Assembly (NCBI GenBank): GCA_003344405.1
Contig: NOWV01000230.1
Span: forward strand, 1 to 64,000
Reading direction: 5' to 3'
Length of the DNA: 64,000 bases
DNA from: Trichoplax sp. H2
Taxonomy: Eukaryota
The notes beneath the pieces are model-generated. The model was not told the origin of the DNA. It saw nothing but the letters and a program-made list of their open reading frames with translations, and ran no database searches. A program made the position numbers and the translations under genes. Positions 1-19,700 of this stretch are shown one piece after another. Each line of letters begins with the position of its first letter. The first letter of the stretch is position 1.

Positions 1-353
1 AATGCGATGAACGTTGTAATCCAAATTGCCTACTGTATTTCAGTAATCATGACTTTACTCTTTGGATAATTCACAATCATCTCTCTCTATCTATACTACT
101 AAATCATAACAAACTGGCCAAATTGAATCAAAATTACAGTCGACCAACACGACGATTTGGTCAGCCATTTTATAAATAGGCAAAAGCATCAAGGGTAGAA
201 TGATGAAGCGAACAACTAGTAATCGCTCCATTTGAACATCAAATAAGTCAATCTAACTATAAAATCAATCATTCTGACTGGGAAAAAGCATGATTAGCGG
301 TAAAAGTAGTTGGGATTGGCAAGATATCGACATGATGATTGGATCAGACATAC

Positions 354-420
354 CTGCAACGAAATCCACATGAACGCGAAGGGCTGGAAAAAAGGAACGA
401 CGATGACTTTATAGTCTTTC
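354..420 (-). other. Possible first exon of a divergently transcribed minus-strand gene continuing out of the window
   Basis: Minus strand reads ...CCTTTTTTCCAGCCCTTCGCGTTCATGTGGATTTCGTTGCAG|GTATGT (strong donor at 353/352), just downstream of a CCAAT box (481-491) and a GC-rich island. No product identifiable; the upstream boundary is a guess. Confidence 0.25.
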
Positions 421-480
421 AAGCGGCCAACGTGCTCGAACAGTCTGCTCACTGCTATGGTTATGACCAGTTTTTAGGTT

Positions 481-734
481 AGATTGGCGATGTGGTATAA
501 TGCAATACAGGCTAGTACAGTGGCACCCGAGTCTACAGTACAGTACAGCACCGTACAGTCCAGTCCAGATTTGACGGTGCACTGTATACTGTACGGGATC
601 GTGACGAATGCTGCACCTGACTTGCGTGGACCAGTCCACGTGACCATGTCCAGTGTACAGTACAGTATGCACAGGAACGAGTGCAAGGTACTGTACGCTA
701 GTAGTGTACTGTACTGTACAGTACAGTACAGTAG
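481..734. promoter_or_regulatory. GC-rich island dense in ACAGTA/TACTGT/GTAC motifs with a CCAAT box; putative promoter
   Basis: AGATTGGCGAT at 481-491; many TACAGTAC/GTACTGTA repeats; visibly higher GC than the rest of the window. Confidence 0.35.
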
Positions 735-1538
735 ACGGTGGGCTCACCAGGCTCAGGGCAATACGCCGTAAGAACTGGTGATACGCTACAGAAATGATGT
801 TCCACAATCTTCAAGTGATGTCGCGCAACTTCAAAGATTGTGTGACATCATTTCTGTCGTATCACCAGTTCAAGTTTGGGCGACATCACTTGAATGTCCA
901 CAGTGCGCATAACGAACTGCACCGTAGCAGTACAGTACTGTATACTAAGGTATGACACCGTGCTGTGCATTTTCAAAGACTGTGTGACATCATTTCTGTC
1001 GTATCACCAGTTCAAGTTTGGGCGACATCACTTGAATGTCCACAGTGGGCATAACGAACTGCACCGTAGCAGTACAGTACTGTATACTAAGGTATGACAC
1101 CGTGCTGTGCATTTTCAAAGACTGTGTGACATCATTTCTGTCGTATCACCAGTTCAAGTTTGGGCGACATCACTTGAATGTCCACAGTGCGCATAACGAA
1201 CTGCACCGTAGTAGTACAGTACTGTATACTAAGGTATGACACCGTACTGTGCATTTTCAAAGACTGTGTGACATCATTTCTGTCGTATCACCAGTTCAAG
1301 TTTGGGCGACATCACTTAAATGTCCACAGTGCGCATAACGAACTACACCGTAGCAGTACAGTACTGTATACTAAGGTATGACACCGTGCTGTGCATTTTC
1401 AAAGACTGTGTGACATCATTTCTGTCGTATCACCAGTTCAAGTTTGGGCGACATCACTTGAAGATTGTGTGACATCATTTCTGTAGCGTATCACACCAGT
1501 TCTTACGGCGTATTGCGCTGAGCCTTGAGAGCCACCGT
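735..1538. mobile_element. Non-autonomous foldback/MITE-like DNA element with ~95-bp terminal inverted repeats enclosing a tandem array
   Basis: 735-~830 (ACGGTGGGCTCACCAGGCTCAGGGCAATACGCCGTAAGAACTGGTGATACGCTACAGAAATGATGT...) is the near-perfect reverse complement of 1441-1538 (...ACATCATTTCTGTAGCGTATCACACCAGTTCTTACGGCGTATTGCGCTGAGCCTTGAGAGCCACCGT). No coding capacity. Confidence 0.7.
830..1461. repeat. 142-bp tandem repeat, ~4.4 near-identical copies
   Basis: TGTGACATCATTTCTG recurs at 841, 983, 1125, 1267, 1409; repeated 67-aa ORFs at 894/1036/1178 confirm the 142 period. Confidence 0.97.
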
Positions 1539-2244
1539 AGCTAACCCCTATATTAGGCTATATAGCTTAAAGCAGCTGCAACATGGACGGATCACCCTTG
1601 GACGGACAGACATTGCCAGCCTCATCTTGGAAAAATAGTACGGCAAACACGTTTCGCTATGACGGCACTTTTAGTATGCAGACGGTCGATTGTGAACGGA
1701 CTGGCTTTTTCTAAATTAAGCCATATTCAATTGAGTCTTATTATCTATTACTAAAGTTCTACTTGAAAACAGCTATATAAGATCGTCAATATTATTTGAA
1801 TTAGTACCAAAGATTTAGAAAACAAACGCGGAAGTGCCATACTAAATACAGTACAGGAGTTATTTTCGACATTGTCCGCCTGCCTCGTTCGGTGAAAAAA
1901 GTCCGTCCGTCCTCGGGAAATGATCCATGTCCAGCGTGGTGTCCAGTGTCCACTGTCCAGTACAGTAATCGATGGACCATGGTACCGTACAAGACCGGAC
2001 ATCAGACCACGGTACCTCACTGTAATGCTCTTCCTGTTTGAAAAGTGTAGGCAATTACTATTTCCTACTTTAAAGTTTTTTTGGATTCTATCTCTGTGGT
2101 AGTTTTTATCCGAGTACCTGGTAAATAGAATTCAATGACAGAAAAGAAAGAAGGAGAATAAAAAGATTTGACCCAGAGGACATGAAAAATAGATCGGGGG
2201 GGGGGTACCCAATTGAAGCAGGGGTTTTAGCGTCATAGAGTCAT

Positions 2245-2340
2245 GTTACTGTACTCTACAGTAGTACAGTACAGTGTACTGTACAGACAATGACAGAATA
2301 TACTGTACACTGTACATTGTACACTGTACAGTACTCTAGC
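2245..2340. promoter_or_regulatory. TACAGTA/TACTGTA/TGTACA motif cluster upstream of the RING gene
   Basis: Dense cluster GTTACTGTACTCTACAGTAGTACAGTACAGTGTACTGTACAG...TACTGTACACTGTACATTGTACACTGTACAGTAC about 380 bp upstream of the ATG at 2720. Confidence 0.35.
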
Positions 2341-2719
2341 AGTGACACAGTTTGTCTTGGCCATAACAAAAAAAAAACAACAGCAAAGTTGATCACAAAA
2401 TCAAGTCGAGAAAATCATTTTAACATCGAGGGCTTGACTGGAATACTGCTTGGACTAGTTAGGTGGTGGATACTAGTACAATTCAAACGTTTTGAATTGG
2501 ACAAGAATTTAGAATAGCATTTCAATATTAACTGAAAAGTTACAAAGCAAAATAGCTCATTCGTAAAACTGTAAGAAGAAGAAAAAAACGTCAACCTCGT
2601 AGCCGGCTGTCTTGTACAGTGGACGCTATTCATCGGCATACTACTGCTGCACTAATTCCATTTGTCACAGCCAGATCCTTTTTTCCAAAAACATTGTTCA
2701 ACATTATCAATCTACAAAT

Positions 2720-9240
<6,521 letters not shown>

Positions 9241-11091
9241 ATAAGCTTGAGATTTTAGAAAGACATGTTGAAATTCAAACGGTTACTTATTTACAAGCAA
9301 AGGCCTGATTAATTGATAGTCTGTTACTGAATATCTTCTAGTTGTACTTAGTACGGAACGCCGTAGAAGTTCTGCATCGGAAGCTTCATGTGATACTCTA
9401 TCAACAGTTGGATCCAGTGGTAAAGATAACTCTCCATTGATTCATGAAATTCGCAAGTTATAGTTAAAATCACAATTTAAAATGTACTTGAATTCACTTA
9501 TCCGAAGGTTACATAAGTGAATAGGATATTTGTTTACTCATGTTTAACAAGTTCTTAGAGTTTTGTAACATGTCAAAATACTCTATCGTTTTTAGATAAA
9601 GATGATATAAATACGATGCTATACGCTAACAAAAATTCTGTAGTGTTAATACTGGTTAGAAAGATATTCTGAGAACTGAATATTAGGTTAATAAATATTG
9701 CTAATTTAGAGTGGCAAATACTAGTGCAAAATTGCAGTCAGTCTTGAAGAATCTTTACGAATCTCTGTAACTGTTATATATAATTAGATACAAATATCAT
9801 AGTTTTTATGGTAAATGTTTTATGCGAAATATCATGTCTTATCTACTGCAATACTTTGAATACTGCCTTATAATTTTTGATAGCCACTTCTGAACGGTAG
9901 TTTTACTGCATTAGTACACTGGTAATATGATACAAATTACTGTAATGGCCAAGCCTCAGGATTTATGTTGCTTTACAAGGAGAATAAGTTAAACGGCATA
10001 TATTAATATGATAATGAAGCATAGATTTTACGTCGAGCAAAATAGCGAGGTCTCAAATGTCTTGTTGAATTTGAAAAATTATACCATTTGCCATGTACAG
10101 TAAAGATAAAAATAATGTTGTATCAGTAATCTAATTTAGGATTACAAATACTTATTGCCAAGTTTATGAATTCAACCGATGTACATGTTCCGATTTTGTA
10201 ATACGGCAAAAGTGTTTCTATCAGTGGATTAATTACATGATCATTCTTTAATGATATCTTGTGGCTGCGTTCGGTAAATATGATGGATGTACGGTCTTGT
10301 TCAATTATCCAAGACAATGTAGATCAATTTTTGAATAGTAATTGGAAAGTATGTCAATTTTTGATGTGGCTTATATGGTAGTATTTTTAAGGTGCAATGT
10401 AACATTTCATTGGATAATATTTAGTTGGATATGTCACAATTACATATAATCTGTATTCAATACCATTCAATGCAGTAAATTTTATTTGGATTTATGTCTA
10501 TAGTGTTTCACTTTTTGATATGTAATAAGTCTCTTTCATGCATGCAAGTTGTTACTCTCCTTCCAGTCAGCAAACAAATACAACTATACAGGCAGTATCA
10601 ATCTTGCAGAGCCGCGGAATGATTTCATGCATTAACAGAAACGAAATTAGATAATGCTGCTGTAATCACAACTCTTTTAATTGGGTTTATAATTTATAAC
10701 TACACAAGCAAATAAGTAGCTTGATTCAATTTTGGTATGGTTAATATTAGACGTTAGAAGTTACTAACGTATCTATGTAGCTAGCCAAACGAAGAATTTG
10801 GTGGTTATATGAAAGACACGGTGGTTATTAATATCGCTTTCTTTGATAGAACCTAGTTTTCTGGCTAATAAAATTCATGATGAATAAAATATCGATAGTA
10901 AATGGAACAAACATCATAATTACTAAACTAGAATTCTATGGAAATTTTATAAAATTTTTACATATGCTACATATTTTTAATTAGCATATCCGCTTGATTA
11001 TAATCATGGTTAAATTTGAGCTTGCACTGTCAAAGCATATCAAGAACAAAGTTGAAGAATGAATCAGTTTATTGCTATATACTATATAACA

Positions 11092-11108
11092 TATATATAT
11101 ATATATAT
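11092..11108. repeat. (TA)n microsatellite
   Basis: ATATATATATATATAT run. Confidence 0.8.
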
Positions 11109-11279
11109 GATTATAATATTATCAAGCCCTAAAATGTTGATGAAGAGTAATTTGATTCCGAGCATCGTTTCATCAATACAATGAATGTACAGACAGCTAT
11201 TCAACATAAGAGTAAACGAGAACATACAAGATAAAGCTTAAAAATAGGAAAAATATTTTAATATACATATTAATTTATA

Positions 11280-12034
11280 AACTAAATTCATAGTAGCCGC
11301 CGACCTGACAGATCAAATATCTTCACCGAATTTATGACAATTGACATAGCTCATATATGTTATCATCGAGAATTGAACGATTTTACTTTAGTGCTTGATG
11401 TAATATCATCAGGTCAGTTACTGGTACAGTGATAGTTCCTAGGTAATATTTACTTTATTATGCTGAAAAATCATACACTGTAGTAGTGATTACTAGAAAA
11501 TATATATTATAACGAGGACCAATATTTAGATGAATTTAGATGAATATCGATGTAATAAAACTGTGCAATTTAACTCGACCACATCGTATTATATTTGCTT
11601 TACTGCCCGCAGCGTAGGACTGCTTTGTCGTAATTTAAAATCATTTCGTAATAAGCGGTACATGGAGTATGGCGTAGTAACTTCCATTAGCAGCTGACGA
11701 GAAGTGAATTATCATCTATTTCTGAAATTTAGAGTTACACTTCCATGGATATGGCATAATTTGATATCAGCTTCTTTAATATTTCACATATTACCGTATG
11801 GTAAGAAAAATAATAAAATTTACATAGTACACGCATTATTTCTGAGGTGCTAGAGCATATTTTTCTTTAATTTTCAGACAATGTTCATTTTATTGGGTAA
11901 ATTTTGGGCTTTACAAGTAAATTTACCCGACCAGTCTATACCACGTAGGACATTTGATTGCACAAGCAGCTTAAAAACTTGGACGCCGACTAGATGCCGT
12001 GACTGTTGTTACAACAGTTCCTTTGCCTGGTTCT
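11280..12034 (-). pseudogene. Candidate decayed multi-exon gene, weakly C-type-lectin-like
   Basis: Minus-strand 108-nt phase-1/1 exon 12034-11927 (TTTCCTACAG|...|GTAAAT) with an in-frame TAA; the next acceptor TTTCAG at 11722 continues in phase as EIDDNSLLVSC*WKLLRHTPCTAYYEMILNYDKAVLRCG; a YLICQ-like remnant near 11310. Confidence 0.25.
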
Positions 12035-15000
12035 CTGTAGGAAATAAGAATTTAAAAAATAATTAAATAAGTTTGCAATCAATTTGTCATAAAGTTCTTA
12101 AAGCATTATTGGAACTGGATCTGTATCATATTAATCTAAAAATTGAATAATATTCTTTCTAAGTTCTCCTGTACAGTTACCAGGTTACATTTACGAATCG
12201 ATCATTATGGAATGATAAAAACTAGACAACGTTCAATATTGTAAACATTATAGCATAAATAATAGAACTGCAATTGGCTAATACTGAATAAGAAAGCTTC
12301 ATGTACCATGCAATGAAATAGATTTTTGCATTTTTCTATTTCGTTACAGTTAATTTGAATGAGAAAGCCGTAAATTCTATTGTTTCTGCAGTTTTACTAA
12401 GCTATCATTTATAAACTAGTTATATCTATCTGGTTATACTATGAACTGAAGTCCATATAATTAACAGTTGAATTTGATGGTGGTTAATCGTCTATCTGAT
12501 ACATGGTATCCCATACTGTAACACATTTTGAATAATACAAACAAGATGATGTGCAATTTCAGATTTTTATGGCTTTGCTATTTTACACTCATGATAATAA
12601 TCTGCTTCTTGGGTGCTTTTATCTTCATTATATAGTTAGAAGTTATCAAATAGAATGAATATAAAAAATAGTTTAAAATATATGGTAGATAAGTCCTTAA
12701 GGATCTCATTATCACCTTCATAGGAGCAAATTTTACGGCATGATATTACTCATTATTTTAGTTCAATATAATGATGGAGGAAAATTAGCCACATTTAAAC
12801 ATAGTACTTAGCTTAAATAGTCAATTCCTTATCTAGTTAACCTATCTATTTACCTAGCTAATTTAAATTATCCACTATACCTTGTGGTTAGCTAAATGAT
12901 CATGGTATTTTATAACAGCTATTCCATCAATTCAGCTGTGAAAATCTTTCTATCGGCATAAAAAATGATGTAACTTGATTTCCATGCTTCTTAACTGCTT
13001 TGATTCGGAATCGACATAAGCCATTTTGCCATAAAGTAATGGCAGTATTCATGTCTTAACAACATTTATCTTGAGATATGTACATATGGTCTCACTATTT
13101 AGAAACTGATAGTTCAATCCTTTAACCATCCCTTATTATCTAGCACCCAACTAAGTAATAATACCCAAATTTCTATATCATGAATTAAAGTATCTTTCTG
13201 ATAGTTAAAAGTAAATATTGCTCATCCAGTTAGATTATTCCGTAGGCAATAATATTAAAGGATGGCAGTATTTCGAAAAAATCTGGTATGAACATCCTGA
13301 CCAGTTACATTCTCGATGAAATGAAACTTTGAGTATCAGTCATGGTTGAAAATAAAAATAGTAGATAATAAATTGATAGTATTGCATATAATTAAGCTGT
13401 ACATGAAATTGATGCACAATTGATAAAATAAAATTAGTTTATAACATAGAATAGTGTCTTTTTTATGAAGGCTGACATTCATAATTTATAGGAAAATAGG
13501 ATTTGATTATGCTAACAAACATTATAAAGAAAAATTTAACCTATTTAAATGCTACTGCTGGTATTTTTGAGATGTTCTGACGATAAAAAAATTGATTGTA
13601 TACTATGGAAAAACTTAATTTAATTGTATGAATGAACGATGCAAGAAGTAATTGATCAGATTAGAAGAAGTTGTTCTTTTAATATTGGTAAAAATCTCTA
13701 TTACACAACATATTGTTCTCATTTATCGCAAACATTTTAGTCGGGCTGGCTATGGCTCCATATAGCCCACTCTGTGTGAAAATTCAGAACTATAAAGTAA
13801 TCATATAGGATATACTACGGGTTTACAACTGTAAAAAAATACAGGAAAGCCAGAGATGTAGACTGAGTGGAAATTGATAATGTAATATAGGATTGGGTTA
13901 TAAGTGAAGATCTGCTATCCAAGTTTCCTTTTCATAGCGACTTTGAACCTTGAATTTTCTGAAATCGATATAGTTATCCATGACATATTCATAATATAAG
14001 TGACGACATTAAGCCATGAAATTGGTAGCAAATTTTTGTTGATCATTAAGCTTCCAGATTTTTCCGACAGATACTACTGTAGAAAAATCAGTAGAGTATG
14101 ACAATTTTCATGACTCAGGAAGCAAAATGCCTAGTGACTTGCCTAACTAGTTGTCCTAACAGCTATCTTATTTTGTATAGATGTTGAACCCAAAATTGGA
14201 TTCTACAATGGTTCAATTCTGTGCCTAAATTGAGCTCAGAAAATTCAAAGATAAAACAATAAAGCAACGATATGTAGGGGAAAGTGCTACGATACTGCAA
14301 TTGACGCAATTTGCCGAACTTGTTCATGCTAACCCATAACTCGAAGGGCACAAAGACTGATATTTTTCCTTCTCCGAAATATGAGGGTAATACCAAATTT
14401 AAAGATTGCAGTTTGTAAGATGTACATAGGTCACTGAAGGCCATACTTGCCATATTAGTCAATAAATACCACGATGGCCATTGAAGAAAAAATTCGAAAT
14501 TAATTTCAGCTTGTCACGGTCTAAAGTCATCGAATAACCACATTCATCAAACCATTGGAAAGATTTCATATCCTCTCATCTAAGATTGCAATCACTACAT
14601 CGCCTTATGATGAATTTTAATTGGCCAGAAATGTAGGGAAAATTTCTTTTGCTTAGATTACCAGGCATTTTCATATTCATCTCAGTTGTCAGAGGTTTCC
14701 AATCAGGCTATGGATGGGGGTGCCTTACTACTTAGCGTTTTAAGGAAAAGGCAACAAAAATAGCCGAAGAATACCAGTTTACTTTGTTTAGTAGAAAAAT
14801 TTGTCAAGATAAATTAGAAATTATTACAGGAGAAAGTAGATTGAAGACTTTGAATTCGTTTCAGACAGTTAGATTAATGATTGTGGATAAAAGAATAGAA
14901 AAACCAGACAAAACCTGCTATGTTTATCTTCTGATATAAACAACCAAACTAACGTATACGCGTAGTCTCTTGAGTGGCCACTTAAACTTGAAGTCGATGA

Positions 15001-15744
15001 TAGGAGTAGCGCAATCTTTCAATGTCAATTTTAATTTCGAACCGAGAGAATTTACTTTGAGAAATGGAAAAAGATAACTAGTACAATCTCGCCTTTGTTT
15101 ATAGGATGTAAACCATCTCTAATTTCTGACTAATTAGTTACTGTTTCGCGATAGACGTAGATAATGGAACGGTAATTACAGTTTTGTCTTGCGATAGAAT
15201 AAGAATTTCATTCATGGAACAATTCAAGGCTGGCTTGGTTTGGATAGCCATCATAGCTGGCATCAAAATGACTTCAATATATTGATAATATATTCAGTAA
15301 GACATACGAATAAATGTCCTTACTTGGATAAAAATCAAGCACAGATCGAGGCGAATGGGTGTTAATACGACTCAATCTAGTTTTGGTTATAGGTGATCGT
15401 TTGAAAATAGATATATTGATAAAGTAACTTGATACTGTTGGTGGTAAGTTAGTAATATTTTGTATTCTCAAAGGAATTATGAAGATAAATTGAAAAAGGG
15501 AAAATGAATAAAAATATCAAGACATGGAGGGTAAAAAAAAGAAGAGGCTAAAAATATCAAAGAGTGCGAAAAGTGAAAAAAAAAAAATAGGAGTTGTAAC
15601 CACTGTATTTAGCCGATAAGTCAATATACGAAATCAAAAATAATGAAATAAAGTATTTCTTGTCAAGGAAAATAGACTAGTTATTAGAGCATTCTTGAAA
15701 GTACGTCTGGATAAAAATAAATTTGAGCATAGAAAGAAAGAAAC

Positions 15745-16785
15745 TTAAATATTAGAATAATATATAACGGATTCATTAAATGCTCGTATATCAGTCGATT
15801 GTAAACGTTTCTCTGTTCGTTGCCTTTGCCTAGCGGAAATATCGTACCTGGGTCCTAAGTCGATGTCGCAAAAGACGGCTTTTAAGCCATTGCGGAAGCC
15901 TTTATTGAATGCTACACAAATTATGGGATCACAACAGCAGTTGGAAATCGCAATCCATTTACAGACGGATAAAAGTGTTGCACGGCCAGGAAAGGATAAA
16001 GTAGTGATAGATAGGATAAATACCAACGTTGAATAAGGTAGCCAACAGACTAAACTAGCAACCAACATAGCGATCAACATGCGTAGGACTTTTAAATTGG
16101 TCTTGAGGGTTAAATTAATGTCGCTGCCTTCCACTTTTCGACGATCAATCACTAAGTAGATGTGGATATAAATCGCTACTGTAATGGCTAATGGAATATC
16201 ATTAATTAAGACCAGATAAATATAGTATATGCGATAAAATCCCGGTGACCACAATTGAGGCTCACAAAATTGTACCGAGCAAATATCGGCCGTAATATTG
16301 TGAACTGGCATTCCCACCATGACTGGTGTTGCGCTAACGATAGCCACTGCCCACAGAAATAACGAGATATAGATTGCATGGCGTAATTTAGGCTTAGCTT
16401 TTAATGGAAATACGATAGCTCGATGGCGTACAATAGCCAAAACCATAATATGAAGAATAGCTAAAGTAAAAAGAACTTTTTCTAACGCAGGCATCATGAT
16501 ACAAGAGAAACTACCCAAAACGTAATATTTATAAACCGCCTCGACCAGTCGAAATGGTACTACACTAAAGGCGATCAGTAAGTTGCATAAGCATATGTTA
16601 ATAATTAAGACATTGGTGACATTTTTCATATTACCACCTTTATTTTGGATGATAACTGTGATTAAGAGGATGTTGCCAATCACGGTGATTAAAAATGTAC
16701 TAACATAAGCTGCAAAATATAAATCGATGCCAGCTCTTGATATATTTTTAAATATGGATTCATTTTCGGTATAACACTCAGCCAT
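15745..16785 (-). CDS. Rhodopsin-like (class A) GPCR, peptide-receptor-like, single coding exon, 346 aa
   Basis: Seven hydrophobic segments; TM1 GN (VIGNILL), TNVLIINIC, TM3 Cys and LAIVRHRAIVFPLK, TM4 W, TM6 CWLP, TM7 SNCCCDPII, helix 8 FNKGFR; N-terminal N-glycosylation sequons. Confidence 0.95.
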   Translation of the reverse strand: MAECYTENESIFKNISRAGIDLYFAAYVSTFLITVIGNILLITVIIQNKGGNMKNVTNVLIINICLCNLLIAFSVVPFRLVEAVYKYYVLGSFSCIMMPALEKVLFTLAILHIMVLAIVRHRAIVFPLKAKPKLRHAIYISLFLWAVAIVSATPVMVGMPVHNITADICSVQFCEPQLWSPGFYRIYYIYLVLINDIPLAITVAIYIHIYLVIDRRKVEGSDINLTLKTNLKVLRMLIAMLVASLVCWLPYSTLVFILSITTLSFPGRATLLSVCKWIAISNCCCDPIICVAFNKGFRNGLKAVFCDIDLGPRYDISARQRQRTEKRLQSTDIRAFNESVIYYSNI

Positions 16786-19700
16786 AATATACGTTTTTTT
16801 TGCTTTAAATGGATAACAAGAGTATTTTTTCTTTTTAGCTTAAATATGTAAAACTATGAGTAGACCAAAGGATTTCAATAGAACTAGTAATAGGAGTGCC
16901 TACTAGTGGAATAGAGTAAATAGATTGTAAATTGGATGACAGCAATAATGCAAAAGGATCTGAGTTGTTAATTCTTTAGCTGATTTAAACTTCCTATGCC
17001 TCAACTTCTATGTAGAAGAGAGTAAGTATAGTTAGCAGAAGTTGTTGAATAAATTATTAATGGGTTTTTCCTTGGTTGAGACGAATAAAATATTTTTGCC
17101 AATAAGGTAACTGTTGTCACTAGAAATTGAAGGAATAAAGGAAAGAATGGACTGGATGAGAACAAAAATGTCAGCAAAATGGCAACGACAATCATTCAAG
17201 GGATAGTAGATTAAGGAAACAAACCAAATTGATTGTCGACTTGATTGGATTTCGTCTTGGCTTCTATAGAATTCTTTGTTATTTAATCAGTCTTAATTTC
17301 ATACTCTAAATTTGCAACCAAGACTAATATCTAGGGAAATAGCGGAACAAGAAGAAGCTTGCGATGGTAGAGTCGATTGTAATTGAAGCTCTATTCGTGA
17401 TGATGATGAATTGATGCTTTAATCACGTTTCAAAGTTACTTTCAAAATTGAAATGTAGTTGACAATATGGCGCACCGTATTTATGTCTTTCCTCCACTCA
17501 GTAAGGCCAGATGGATATTGAATTAGATTAAAAGATTTAAAAGGTTATAACTTAATTATACTTTCTTGTGTCAACCTAACGGCTTAAATAACAATTCAAG
17601 GCTAATTACCAATGGCGCAAAGCTGTGCTATTAATGTTAGAATTAATATCGGCCACAAATCACGAGATAATCAATTCCTAGGACAAAGTAATAGGCAAGG
17701 AGAACAAAAATTTAATAAAAGCAGGCGTGTAATCAGAAGAAAGTGAATAAAATGATAAATAGACTCTATTTACAGTTGTTAGTAAAAATCAACCTCTTTG
17801 ATTTTCAGAGTGAGCGAAAGGGTTAATGAAAAGTTTACAGATGTTTAATACATGAGTGACGTTGTTGTATTAGCCACCTTATGTTAGATAAAATGTGCTA
17901 AAGTAGACGAAAACTATATTCTTTATTTTATGAGATGACTAGTGGTCCAGACTAGAGCCAATCAGCCTGTATTAATATTGTAAATTATAAAAGAAATGAT
18001 AAGTTTACTTTGGAATCGTATCCACTATCATTAGCTGTTAGGCTTCAATGATGGAAAAAAGCGCTGGATGTGAGTAACGAGAAAGAGCTATGGTAAAAAC
18101 TTAAAATTCATATAATTAATCACTGGAATTTTAATAGGAGAGTAATAATTTAAAAAGCCTAGGTTGCTGCCTAAACTGCTATAGCAGGCGTATTAAATAG
18201 TAATGGTAGCATCGGCAATTTAACTGCATGTGAAGTAATTCAAAATTTGCGAATACATATTAGTATGGCTTTTAATTTGTCCATATATCAATTATCTATC
18301 GATTCTTGAAATAAAATTGAGACATTATTAAAAAATGGATGTTTAACCTTCAAAAAACGAGGTAAAACTAGTCAATTTCACTTGAACATAAAGGATGCTA
18401 ATGGGGGTGTTGGCGTAGAAAAAAACCCCGGTAGTTTAGTATTTGCTATATAATATGTACAGTAAAGTAGGGCTTTGCGACAGATTAGCTAGTACAACAG
18501 TCAAGATACCACACTAATATCAAAGCTTGCGGTTAGAAACCTATCAACTCATCAAAATGGAATAACAAAATGGACAGTTACGTCAAATTTGATATCTGCA
18601 GTAAATATAGCATATGATTTAAGTATATCGTAAAAGTTTAATGGTTGTTTGTGGGCACGATAGAAGAATTAAAGTGTCCTACTACCGAAAGAATCTTCTA
18701 TAATTTTGAATGAGTATCTGCAAACCTTGGACAGTATATATCTAAGACTAGCGTCAAGAAGGTTAGACCTTGCTACAAGAAAAAGTATTCCTTTCTACTA
18801 ACAAAGTGAGATGTTCAAGTTGGATTTTATCAATCAAGTTATGATGTTGAATACGATTAGGAAAACAATTTTTACTTCTATCTTCCTTATATTATAATAT
18901 TTCTGTCCTTACCAAGATTTAACGATGAAGCCGGAAAAATCAGACAGAAATTACTGTCGATTGGATAGGATTACGATTGCAATTATCAGAGTTGATTACC
19001 TTAGGGATAAATTGGAATTGTCTAAGGGAGTTGCATATTAGAGCAAGTTAACATCAAATATAGAAGGAAAAAAAACAGCAGGCAGTATTATATCGTTGTT
19101 TTGTAGTAGGCAATTTTAAAATGTTAATATTTTTAGAGACGCTGTTGTCTACTTAAAGCGGTGAAAGAATGAGTTAGCAGGATGAATTTTTTTCTTCTTT
19201 CCACCTGGTCAATTGGATATAGAGTAATAAGGGACGTAGAATTGTTTGATGTTTTTCCTATTAGAATAGCTTAGAATTAATTTATTGTCAAGTTATTTTG
19301 TTCATCATGTTGTCATCAATAGTAACTATTTGATTTGTTTACTGTAGGCCAATCAATTCAATCTATTGATAACGAATAAAGCTCTACACCTGATACAAAT
19401 AGAGTAGATCTGAATGATGACGATGATAAAGGTTACCAATAAGTTATTCATAACGGGACTACCATCATGATGATGGGAGGAGATACAAGACACAGGAGGT
19501 GGATGCTAATAAGAAATAAAATAGATTCAATCCATTTCTATTATAATCACGACGACATGAAATTCTATTCTAAACATTCAAAGCTGCAATTGATGTTATT
19601 CAACTAAACAATAATAATAAAACCAAATTATTTAAGTGGATCATCTATAGCTTGTCCATATTGCTATGCTGATATGACTGGCTATGATCTAGGAGTCCTT

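Noticed and set aside
409..807. ORFs of 70-132 aa rich in TVQY/CTVL
   Set aside because: Translations of low-complexity ACAGTAC motifs with no domain features.
830..1461. CRISPR-like array or repeated 67-aa genes
   Set aside because: Units are near-identical over their full length (no unique spacers), there are no cas genes, and the context is eukaryotic; the ORFs are by-products of the repeat.
1560..1930. Possible ncRNA or inverted repeat (ACATGGA...GGACGGAC versus GTCCGTCC...TCCATGT)
   Set aside because: Only short patchy complementarity; no recognisable tRNA/snRNA boxes or fold.
2612..2719. N-terminal extension of the RING ORF from the ORF track
   Set aside because: Begins at a non-ATG codon; the ATG at 2720 directly precedes a signal peptide.
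14163..14462. 99-aa minus-strand ORF
   Set aside because: Non-ATG start, no recognisable motif or convincing exon chain.
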